From contig JASFYY010000149.1 of assembly GCA_045046875.1 (NCBI GenBank), forward strand, positions 1-64,000: a stretch of 64,000 nucleotides of DNA, read 5' to 3'. The notes under the pieces are model-generated. The model was not told where the DNA came from. It made no database searches and was given only the letters and a program-made list of their open reading frames with translations. Positions 9,589 through 18,355 of the stretch are shown piece by piece; the stretch's first letter is position 1; each line of letters begins with the position of its first letter. The position numbers were made by a program, and so were the translations under genes. The DNA is from Verrucomicrobiota bacterium. Its GTDB lineage: Bacteria; Verrucomicrobiota; Verrucomicrobiia; Verrucomicrobiales; DEV007.

Positions 9589-11346
9589 ATGAATACCACC
9601 TTTCGAGTCTTTTCCTATTTGCGCCGCTACCCCTTGCTCGGCTCGACGCAAATGTTCTGCGCCGTATTGATGACGCTACTGATGTTAGTCTTCCCACAAG
9701 TGACCAAACACATCGTCGGCGAAGTGATCCCCAACGGGAACAGTAGCGACCTGATCACCGCAGCCATGATCGCCCTCGCGGCTTTTGCTGGCACTAATCT
9801 CTTCAACTCCCTACGCATCGTCATCAACAACACTTTCGAGCAACGAGTGATCTACGACATCCGCTCCGATCTCTACCAAAAGTTGCAACGCCTGCCAATG
9901 CGCTGGTTCGACAACAAACGCACCGGAGACGTCATGACTCGTGTCACCGAGGATGTCACCGCCATGGAACGTGTATTGATCGATGGCATCGAGCAAGGTG
10001 TTGTCGCCATCCTCCAGATTATCGCCTTCGGCCTCTGGATGGCGTGGCAAAGCCCGGCACTAGCAGGCATCGCGCTGATCCCGCTGCCCTTACTCATCGC
10101 TGGCGCTTTCATCTACACCCTGACCGCCCCCCAACGCTACCGCCAGGTGCGCAGCGCCACCTCGGATATGAACTCGCTCTTGCACGACAACCTCGACGGC
10201 ATGCAGCAGATCAAAACCTTCACTCGAGAGAAGTCTGAACTGGAAAATTTCAACCAATCCAGCGACCTCGTTCGAAGAGCGGCTCTACGTGTAATGAAAA
10301 TCTGGGCGATCTACAGTCCCGGCATGGAACTCTGTCGCAATCTCGGTTATGTGCTCGTGCTCGGCTTCGGCGGTTACTGGATGATCACCAACGCTCACGG
10401 TTTCACTCCAAGCAGTATCGGAACCCTAACAGGGTTTCTCGTCTCCTTATCACTCTTTTACGATCCCATCACCCGACTGCACCAACTCAACCAGATCATC
10501 CAACAAGGGCGCGCTGCCGGAGAACGGGTTTTTGAAATCATCGACGCCAAAGAAGAGCCCGGTATCGACGAAGGCATCGAACTCCCCCTGCCCGTGCGCG
10601 GACACGTGATGCTGAAATCCGTCGGCTTTTCCTACAACCAAGATTTACCTACCCTGAAAGATGTTTCCATCGAAGCCAAACCCGGACAGACTATCGCCTT
10701 GGTAGGCCACACTGGCGCCGGGAAATCAACCATCATCAACCTGCTCAACCGTTTTTACGAATACGATTCCGGTACTATCAGCATCGACGACCTGGATATC
10801 CACAACGTGAAAAAATCGTCCCTACGCGCTGCCATCGGTTACGTGACCCAGGAGTCCTTCCTGTTTAACGGATCGATCCGCCACAATTTGGAACTCGCCT
10901 GTCCCGAAACCCGTAGTGACGAACAACTCTGGCACGCCCTTGATGTCGCCAATGCGCGTGATTTTGTCGAACGACTGCCCGAAGGGCTCGAAACCAACGT
11001 CGGCGAACGCGGTGTCAAACTCTCCGTCGGTGAAAAACAACGTATCTCCATCGCCCGGGTGGTGCTGAAAGCCCCGCCCATTCTACTGCTCGACGAAGCC
11101 ACTGCGAGTGTCGATACAGAAACCGAAAAGCTCATTCAGGACGCACTGGAAAACCTGATGACCGACCGCACCAGTTTTGTCATCGCTCATCGCCTCTCCA
11201 CCGTACGCAATGCCGACTGCATCTACGTCATGCATCGCGGCCAGGTCATCGAACAAGGCAGCCACGAAGAACTGGTGAAAAAAGGCGGCCACTACGCCAC
11301 CCTCTCCCGCACCTCCCTGATTGCCGAAACCAAAACCGATGGCTGA
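9589..11346 (+). CDS. ABC exporter, fused permease/ATP-binding (MsbA-like)
   Basis: TM domain plus Walker A GHTGAGKS, LSVGEKQR, LLLDEAT, IAHRLST. Confidence 0.93.
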   Translation: MNTTFRVFSYLRRYPLLGSTQMFCAVLMTLLMLVFPQVTKHIVGEVIPNGNSSDLITAAMIALAAFAGTNLFNSLRIVINNTFEQRVIYDIRSDLYQKLQRLPMRWFDNKRTGDVMTRVTEDVTAMERVLIDGIEQGVVAILQIIAFGLWMAWQSPALAGIALIPLPLLIAGAFIYTLTAPQRYRQVRSATSDMNSLLHDNLDGMQQIKTFTREKSELENFNQSSDLVRRAALRVMKIWAIYSPGMELCRNLGYVLVLGFGGYWMITNAHGFTPSSIGTLTGFLVSLSLFYDPITRLHQLNQIIQQGRAAGERVFEIIDAKEEPGIDEGIELPLPVRGHVMLKSVGFSYNQDLPTLKDVSIEAKPGQTIALVGHTGAGKSTIINLLNRFYEYDSGTISIDDLDIHNVKKSSLRAAIGYVTQESFLFNGSIRHNLELACPETRSDEQLWHALDVANARDFVERLPEGLETNVGERGVKLSVGEKQRISIARVVLKAPPILLLDEATASVDTETEKLIQDALENLMTDRTSFVIAHRLSTVRNADCIYVMHRGQVIEQGSHEELVKKGGHYATLSRTSLIAETKTDG

Positions 11347-11373
11347 ACGGTAGTCGCTTTAATCCCGCTCCAG

Positions 11374-11913
11374 ATGTTGCAACAAGTTCCATTAGCCCTG
11401 CAAGCCTACATGCTTGTTTACGCTCTCTTGATGCTAGCCGTCGGCCTGTTGATCATCAAAAATCACACTCGTTACCAGCTATTCACCCCGGACTACTGGC
11501 GTTTCATTTTCACCCCCGTCAAAATAGCCATCTACATTGCTGGAACCCTCGCCCTGCTGCTACCCGTTAACTATCTCAACTTACACTCCTGGGACCACAC
11601 CATCGCCCTGTTCCAACCCTTTTTCACCTACCTCACCGCCCCTTGGGCCGTAGCCGTTTTTTACCGCACTTACAAACGCCGCTCTCCTTGGGACGAGACT
11701 TTTGTAGCCTGCATTTTACTCTTTTTTTGCGGTTCCTGGTCAGTAGAAATTTATCTTTTATTCAGAGACGGCTTCTACATGCCTGATTGGCTCTTCAACA
11801 TTCCCGTCGGAATCACCTGCTACGTAGCCGCCGGATTAGTCTGGAATATACAGTGGCGCAACAGCCAAGGCCGCTACGCCTTCATCGATGACGATGCAAA
11901 GCACCCCCGCTAA
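11374..11913 (+). CDS. Hypothetical polytopic membrane protein
   Basis: 179 aa with about five hydrophobic segments, co-directional with the ABC gene. Confidence 0.65.
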   Translation: MLQQVPLALQAYMLVYALLMLAVGLLIIKNHTRYQLFTPDYWRFIFTPVKIAIYIAGTLALLLPVNYLNLHSWDHTIALFQPFFTYLTAPWAVAVFYRTYKRRSPWDETFVACILLFFCGSWSVEIYLLFRDGFYMPDWLFNIPVGITCYVAAGLVWNIQWRNSQGRYAFIDDDAKHPR

Positions 11914-11958
11914 TCAATCCCGCCATCTCCCCGCCCCCACTCAACTTAAATATGGAGC

Positions 11959-12058
11959 GAGGTCTGACCCTTTACCGACTCATGACCTTTTACGGGCTCA
12001 AGTGAAACCTGCCCATTTGCGGCCCACAACTTTAATATTGCATGAGGTCTGACCCTTT
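11959..12058. repeat. 15-bp direct repeat GAGGTCTGACCCTTT (two copies)
   Basis: Identical copies at 11959-11973 and 12044-12058 in a long intergenic gap. Confidence 0.7.
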
Positions 12059-12372
12059 GCCGCTTTCCCAACCTCCTTGCAACCCAAGCCCAAAGGGCTG
12101 CCCTATGCCAGCCCTGGACAACGTCCGGGGTAAAATACATCCTCATTTTTAGCACCACCGGTGCGGCCCTAATCCTTCCGCCCCTCAATTCTATCTCCAG
12201 CACGCACAAGCATGTTTTTGCTAAGGGAACCTCCCTTGATCTTAATTCCCTCCAAAGCTCCCTCCATAACTGTTCCCAGGGCCATCTCAATTAATCCCAA
12301 ATTGAATTATTCCCGCCAATAAAAAATAACTTTTAAACTGGCAAATTCGGCCGCATCTGACATGATCAGTTT

Positions 12373-12891
12373 ATGAAGCAGGCAATAACCTTTTTACTGA
12401 CCTTTATCCTTTTTCATCTAATCCCCCAGCCAGGTTTTTCGCAAGATCCAACACCCGTTTTCGAAGCCGCTGATGGCCAGGCTATAACAGCCAAGACCGG
12501 TCAAAGAATTACTGTGAGGGGCAAGGTCACCGAAGTTAGAAAAACCAGCAGCGGCACCAACTTCATCAACTTTGAAAATAGCGACTTTTATTTGGTGACC
12601 TTCAAAAGTGATTTGACCGCTTTTGAAAAAGGCGAGCCCGCTGAGCTCTACCAAGGCAGACACCTCGCAGTCACCGGCGTGGTTTCAACCTACAAAGGGA
12701 AACCTCAAATGAAACTCACGCATCCTGACATGGTCAAAATAATCGATGCCGACGCCCCACTGCCGGCAGTCAAAAAACAACCCGACCAAGTGAGCAAAAA
12801 GGCCAAGCCTGAGACTACAAGCTCCAAAAGCAAAAGCAGCGAACAAAAAAAGAAGGCTACCCCCGTCAATGCCAAAAAATATTTCAAATAG
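12373..12891 (+). CDS. Secreted OB-fold-like protein with Lys-rich tail
   Basis: Signal peptide; ITVRGKV...FINF...VTGVVSTYKGKPQM pattern typical of OB folds. Confidence 0.65.
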   Translation: MKQAITFLLTFILFHLIPQPGFSQDPTPVFEAADGQAITAKTGQRITVRGKVTEVRKTSSGTNFINFENSDFYLVTFKSDLTAFEKGEPAELYQGRHLAVTGVVSTYKGKPQMKLTHPDMVKIIDADAPLPAVKKQPDQVSKKAKPETTSSKSKSSEQKKKATPVNAKKYFK

Positions 12892-12938
12892 GTAGTGACC
12901 ACCCCTGCCTCCCCTCTCCCCAAAAAGTAATCCCCTTG

Positions 12939-15392
12939 TTATTTTTTTACAGCATGCGGAGGCTTTGCTTTAGTCTTACCCGCCCCCATCGACAGCCCCC
13001 GGGCGACATCTTGTAAAGTTCCTTCGTCGAGATTGAATATCGTGAAACCTCCGGTGCCCACTTGACGATTCAGCCCAATTTGACCAACCACCCGGTCCGC
13101 ACTCTGGGTTTTACCGCGCAACGAAACCCCTATGCCTGGATACAAGGGAAACCCTTTGGGCAACAGGGCTTTCTGCGCAATGATCCAATCCAGATATTTT
13201 TCATCATTGTCAGTATAATCCATTGGGCAGAGGAAATCGACATAACCCTCTTTAGCCCATAGCGGCCAATCCTGGGCGACCCACTGACGGCATCTGGGAT
13301 AATCACGAAACACCGCCGCCGATATTTTGATACCCGGACGAATGATTCGTGCCTGCTCACTCACCGCTTTAACCAATTTAGTGATTTGCGCACAACGCCA
13401 ATCCGTATAAGCCTCCTTGAGCGCCCCGTCATAACAATCCGCCGGCCAGTTTTTCACCTTATTTCCGGTATCCGTTTCAAATTTTTTGCGGCTGTATTCA
13501 CTGAAGTCATTCCTAGAGTTAGGGTAGCGAATGTAATCAAAGTGAAACCCGTCGATATCATAGTTACGCACCACTTCCAAAATCGACTCCAGCTCCATCT
13601 TGAAATTATCCGGATGCGCCGGATTGAGCCAATCTCCCGGCTCGCCCTCGACATCCACTTGCAAACGGCCAGCCGCACGCAGCTTTTTCACATACGCTTC
13701 AGACACATTATGGCCGAGATTATAATTCACTTTCCACACATGAACCTCGATACCGCTTTTATGGGCAGCCTCGACACATTGCTTGATTTGATCCCCATAG
13801 TTTTCAAAAGTTTTTGACCTGGGCAATACATCGGAAGGGTAATGCGCCACCCCGCCCCACAACATATTGGGCAAGATCATATTCAAACCCGCTGTTGCCA
13901 TTTCATCCGTGGTGCGCTGCCAATCTCCGGGATAGGCTCCGGTGCCAGAATGATTCCAAAACGCACGCGCTTCCACCTCCCTACTAGGTTGTGAACTCAG
14001 ATAAGCATCCGCAAACAAGGCGCGGGCACGCTTGGCAGCTTGCAGCGCAACAAAACCCTGATTACCTGCCAACAACTCTTTCGACCTTGCCATCTCTCCT
14101 TGCGCTTGGACAAACAGCTTCTCTCCCGCCTTGCCTTTCACCACTTCAGCAAGCTCGGCAACTGACTGGCAGTGCCCCGTTTTTTCTGCCAAAACCCAGC
14201 TATTACTCGCCGCCTCTTGCCAAATCTGCGGATACAATTTCCCCAATAAAGCCAACAGCATCGCCTTTTTATTCGACCAATCATCAGCGAGAAGAACATG
14301 ACTGAAAAAGGCACCACGATCGCTGATCAACAGAGCGGCCTTCCCCGTCGCCTTGTCATCACCGTCCAACCAATGCCCAATCACCCGTGCCTGATGCCCA
14401 CTGGGCACCGCCGTTTTTATATTCCATGAAACCTGTCCCACCTTGGCGGGTAAACCAGGCACCTCTTTGTTTTCAAATTGTAAAGCGGCAAAATCACCAG
14501 GCTTCTTTTGAGCAAAATAATCGGCTATTTTAAATCCCAGAATCTCGCCCAACCCAGCATCCAGACTGTAACAGGCAAAGATTTTTCCACCCTTCTCAAC
14601 CAATTGTTCGAGTGCGGCCAGAGCCTCGTCCCCCATCCGGGGATTATGCGGCAGAATAACAAGCGGTCGTTCGCCCAAAGCTCCCGCAGCCAAAGATTTC
14701 TTACTAATAAAATCACTGCCCACCCCGCTCTCTCGCAGCATCTGGGCGATACGCTCAGCAACGGCTTGCGATGTTTTAAATTCCGGATTTTCTGCATCAG
14801 GCAATACAATGGCGACCTGATTCCAAAGAGCTTCCAGCTTGCCCAGATCAAAAACACCGTCCTTGGGATTTTTTTCAGAACGCCAGATCGATAAACGAAC
14901 ACTGTCAATCTGATCCCAACCCGCCGGCGCTCCTTCACTAGCAAAATCCTCCTTGTTAAAAGTCAACGTGCGCCAGCCCGGTTTACGCAGGTAGGCTCCC
15001 CCGCTGTACCAACCCTTGCCACTATGAAAATACAAACTGACTCTCACATCCACTTGTTCTCCATCGCCCTTCATCTGCATCGCAAACGAAGTCGCAGCTG
15101 CCAGATCCAGATCTATCTTCCGGTCCATGGTGATCCGGGCACTTTCCTTTTTTGCAGCGAACGGAGCGGCCCAACGAACCCGCTTCCCCCCCTCCACCGA
15201 CATCACCTCCGCAAGCGGATCCCCACTGTGCATCGCTTGCCAGTTTTTTTGCAATGCTGCCGTATCAGGATATTCAAAACTCTCAAGCGACAATGATACG
15301 GTCGGCTCCAGCGCCAGCGCTTGATGCAAGCTCATCACAAAGGTGAAAATGAAGGCGCTGATCAAATGGGGTGAGTAAAAGTGGTGTTTCAT
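12939..15392 (-). CDS. Glycoside hydrolase-like family 10 (GHL10/DUF187) secreted protein
   Basis: Signal peptide; GIEVHVW, WLNPAHP, YDIDGFHFDYIRYP, QDWPLW, PMDY. Confidence 0.85.
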   Translation of the reverse strand: MKHHFYSPHLISAFIFTFVMSLHQALALEPTVSLSLESFEYPDTAALQKNWQAMHSGDPLAEVMSVEGGKRVRWAAPFAAKKESARITMDRKIDLDLAAATSFAMQMKGDGEQVDVRVSLYFHSGKGWYSGGAYLRKPGWRTLTFNKEDFASEGAPAGWDQIDSVRLSIWRSEKNPKDGVFDLGKLEALWNQVAIVLPDAENPEFKTSQAVAERIAQMLRESGVGSDFISKKSLAAGALGERPLVILPHNPRMGDEALAALEQLVEKGGKIFACYSLDAGLGEILGFKIADYFAQKKPGDFAALQFENKEVPGLPAKVGQVSWNIKTAVPSGHQARVIGHWLDGDDKATGKAALLISDRGAFFSHVLLADDWSNKKAMLLALLGKLYPQIWQEAASNSWVLAEKTGHCQSVAELAEVVKGKAGEKLFVQAQGEMARSKELLAGNQGFVALQAAKRARALFADAYLSSQPSREVEARAFWNHSGTGAYPGDWQRTTDEMATAGLNMILPNMLWGGVAHYPSDVLPRSKTFENYGDQIKQCVEAAHKSGIEVHVWKVNYNLGHNVSEAYVKKLRAAGRLQVDVEGEPGDWLNPAHPDNFKMELESILEVVRNYDIDGFHFDYIRYPNSRNDFSEYSRKKFETDTGNKVKNWPADCYDGALKEAYTDWRCAQITKLVKAVSEQARIIRPGIKISAAVFRDYPRCRQWVAQDWPLWAKEGYVDFLCPMDYTDNDEKYLDWIIAQKALLPKGFPLYPGIGVSLRGKTQSADRVVGQIGLNRQVGTGGFTIFNLDEGTLQDVARGLSMGAGKTKAKPPHAVKK

Positions 15393-15414
15393 AAAAAGGG
15401 TTATTGATTAGTAT

Positions 15415-16308
15415 TTATTCTAACGATCTTAATCTTTGCTCGATTTTTTTTACCAGCTCAGGTTTTTTTGACAATGAGCGTAGCAACTCCCGCTTCACAC
15501 CTTCCATTCTCATCACCTCACCAGCCGATTTCAAATCCTCCGCGTGATTTGCCAAATCAGCATGGTAAACTGACAACCCTGTCTGAGCAGCGCTTAATCT
15601 AGCATTACGTTTGACAGTCTTCGCATGACCTCCATATATGCGCACCCCTTGGATAAACCAAGCTTCCTTTCCCGACGCCGAAAACGCCAACCAAATAACT
15701 GACGCGTCAGACATCACCAATTCGAACACTCTCCTATTAGCGATCACGGGAGACAATTTCTCCATCTGCCACTCGCTGCCTTTTTTCACCCCAAACTCCA
15801 ATGTGCTCCCATCCCACCGTATTTTCGTGGGATTCAGCCCTCGTTCATCTGGCTTCGATTCCCATACCACCGCCTTGATGTCTTCCGGAAACTTCCGAAT
15901 ACGCTTTGGCTCCACCCCCTCGACCAACTCAAAAGCAATCTCTCCAGATGCTTTAACAGGGGTCACCCATTTGAGATCATCACTGAAGAAATACCAGCCG
16001 GTATAAGAACTGCTATAATTCAGTCTAATAACACCAGTATCAACTACCGCCGTATCATATGGTCGGCCCGCCTGATTGCGTCTATTCAAACCGCTGATAA
16101 CTCCTCCGTCGTAGCGTATCCGCTTCAGAGAAGATGTGCCACGAAGATCCCAAATAACCCCAGTAATATCTTCTGCAAATCTCTCCACATCACTTTTATC
16201 TGTCGCCTTGTTTATTTCATCAGCTCTTCCCTCACTCGATAACAACAAAACCACTACAAGCAGCCATTTCGTTTCAAATATTATTTTCATCTGTTTTTCA
16301 CTTCTCAT
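15415..16308 (-). CDS. Hypothetical secreted protein with an internal domain duplication
   Basis: Signal-like N-terminus; FAEDITGVIW...KRIRYDG recurs as FPEDIKAVVW...TKIRWDG. The start may be the ATG at 16290. Confidence 0.7.
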   Translation of the reverse strand: MRSEKQMKIIFETKWLLVVVLLLSSEGRADEINKATDKSDVERFAEDITGVIWDLRGTSSLKRIRYDGGVISGLNRRNQAGRPYDTAVVDTGVIRLNYSSSYTGWYFFSDDLKWVTPVKASGEIAFELVEGVEPKRIRKFPEDIKAVVWESKPDERGLNPTKIRWDGSTLEFGVKKGSEWQMEKLSPVIANRRVFELVMSDASVIWLAFSASGKEAWFIQGVRIYGGHAKTVKRNARLSAAQTGLSVYHADLANHAEDLKSAGEVMRMEGVKRELLRSLSKKPELVKKIEQRLRSLE

Positions 16309-16397
16309 TCAACTGGATTCCCTGATCCATACCTTACCCCTACCGTATCTCTCTCCCGTGACATATCACTTTATTAAAAAGCTCCTTGATGGCGTCA

Positions 16398-17153
16398 TCA
16401 GAGCCAATCCAAAAACAACTGATCCAGATCCTGCCAACTCTTCTTTTGACTACCGCTCAAGCTCTCCGAACTCTTTTCAAATCGTGTTATCTCAGAGCCG
16501 ATCCATTGCTGCAGGATCTGGGGTATTTCTGTAACATGACCCTCCATAGCTGTTTCCTTCTGTTTACGAATCGCACATATCGCCTCAATGAGGTCGTTAG
16601 GAGCAAGCCCCTCATCAAGTAAATCCTGAAAGACCGTAGGAGGCATGCTGTTATTCCTCTCGATCCATGAACAGCAAAAAAGTGGACGCACAACGTAAAA
16701 AAGCTTTTTGATACCTATCCTCCCCTTGTCGTTATTTTGCGCATACACCTTTTTTGCCATGCTCAAATAGTGATGCATAGCCTTTCGAGGATTAAAAAAA
16801 CGCGCCACCATCGCTGTAACTTGCCGATCAAAACCATCCACTGAATAATAAACTTCTGGACTACCCAACCTCTCATTCAAAGACAAATTACAGTCATAAA
16901 AAAGCCGCAGAGCTTTTCGCAGATCCCAGCCCACCAAGTCCAAGTCGCCAGGTAAAAACCTATCTATAAAGTCCTTTTTCTCCTTCAAGCCCAGATACCA
17001 ATTTTTTGGATGGGTATAGATCAGCCGAATGTCGTAATCGCTGTCTGGAGATGCAAAACCCCACGCACGCGATCCTGTTTCACACGCATGAAGAATACGA
17101 ATATCAGCCTCAGACTCCAAGTCGTGAATAACTTTTACAATTTTCTCTTTCAT
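16398..17153 (-). CDS. Pol-beta superfamily nucleotidyltransferase (YcgL/RlaP-like)
   Basis: ETGSRAWGFASPDSDYDIR, GWDLRKAL, KKLFYVVRP; ATGA overlap with the upstream paralogue. Confidence 0.88.
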   Translation of the reverse strand: MKEKIVKVIHDLESEADIRILHACETGSRAWGFASPDSDYDIRLIYTHPKNWYLGLKEKKDFIDRFLPGDLDLVGWDLRKALRLFYDCNLSLNERLGSPEVYYSVDGFDRQVTAMVARFFNPRKAMHHYLSMAKKVYAQNNDKGRIGIKKLFYVVRPLFCCSWIERNNSMPPTVFQDLLDEGLAPNDLIEAICAIRKQKETAMEGHVTEIPQILQQWIGSEITRFEKSSESLSGSQKKSWQDLDQLFLDWL

Positions 17154-18244
17154 ATGTTTTCCGCCTCCCATTCCTCGGTGATTTCTTTTAACAATGCCTC
17201 TGCCCTTGCCTTGTCCGCCTCCTCAGGCAAGTTGCTTTGCCCGCAAAGCCCTCCCAGCTCAACTATTTTTTCTTCCGCCTGCTCAATCAAATCCTGATAA
17301 GTGAACTTCCCATTCCTGATATCCATGAGAAACCGTCGCTGCTCCCCCGCAAAGCGCACCAAGGGCGCGCCGTTGCGCAAAATAGCTTCCCCGCTCAGCA
17401 ACAAACGAAAGGTGTGCATCATGTTTTTGCTGTCATAGTCGATCAAGCCATCCTCCTGAGCCTGCCAACGTTTCTCATTACGATGGTCACGCCAGTCCCA
17501 ATAATGCTGGTGATCACGAACCGCCCGATCATACGCCGCCTGATTGTCGCTCAATAATCCAACAAAGCGCGCTTTTTCATCATCGATCGGAATCGATTCG
17601 CAAACCACGGCCCCCCCTCTAAACACCCCTTTGGCCTGCGAACCATAATGATATATGCGATACATGCCGCCGGCATGCTCCAAAGCCGTTGCGTGACAAT
17701 CTGCAAGCTCGATGCCCACCTTGGCAAGCGGCTGAGGCCGCATGGGCATACCCGCACACTGTTCATCACGCATATCGATGAACCAACAAAAGTCTCCACG
17801 CTCAGGCCGCAGCTTCGGCTGGGGATTATTGATCCATTTGTTCTGCCCGCGTGCTTTTTTGATCTGCGCCTGAGCATAACCCACATGAGAGTCGTAAGCT
17901 TTTTTTGTGATAAACAAGTCCCGCTGCTGCTGCAACTTTTCAAAATGTCGCGTGCTTTTCCTCACACAATCGTCCGGCATATACAGCAGCTCAATTATGT
18001 TCGGATTCGCACTCAACGCCAATCCCAAAAAACGCAGCAGAGAATAATAAACCACATCGTTTTTCGCATCCGCAAGCTGGCACACTGGCGCATCCAAACT
18101 CAAATAAGCTATTCCCGGCAAAACAAACAAACCCTTGATATCCTCATCGCTCTCCGGCGTATTCAAAGCATACGAATGACTGCCTGAAAGGCATTCGAAA
18201 ATTATCGAATCAGTTTGTTCTGACAATAATAATTGCAGGTCCAT
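17150..18244 (-). CDS. Pol-beta superfamily nucleotidyltransferase (RlaP-like), second paralogue
   Basis: SGSHSYALNTPESDEDIKG, NPNIIELL, YDSKNMMHTFRLL. Confidence 0.88.
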   Translation of the reverse strand: MDLQLLLSEQTDSIIFECLSGSHSYALNTPESDEDIKGLFVLPGIAYLSLDAPVCQLADAKNDVVYYSLLRFLGLALSANPNIIELLYMPDDCVRKSTRHFEKLQQQRDLFITKKAYDSHVGYAQAQIKKARGQNKWINNPQPKLRPERGDFCWFIDMRDEQCAGMPMRPQPLAKVGIELADCHATALEHAGGMYRIYHYGSQAKGVFRGGAVVCESIPIDDEKARFVGLLSDNQAAYDRAVRDHQHYWDWRDHRNEKRWQAQEDGLIDYDSKNMMHTFRLLLSGEAILRNGAPLVRFAGEQRRFLMDIRNGKFTYQDLIEQAEEKIVELGGLCGQSNLPEEADKARAEALLKEITEEWEAENI

Positions 18245-18355
18245 ATTCTATGCTCACCAAGATTTATAGCTATCCTGCGTTCTTTTGGCAAAAATGACAA
18301 CTTTGTAATTTTTTCGTTCATCAAACTGTTATCTTTCTATGAGATCTTGATTGGT

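Noticed and set aside
11946..12290. 114-aa minus-strand ORF as a real gene
   Set aside because: TTG start, repeat-derived sequence (WEQLWRELWREL), opposite to both neighbours, and no motif.
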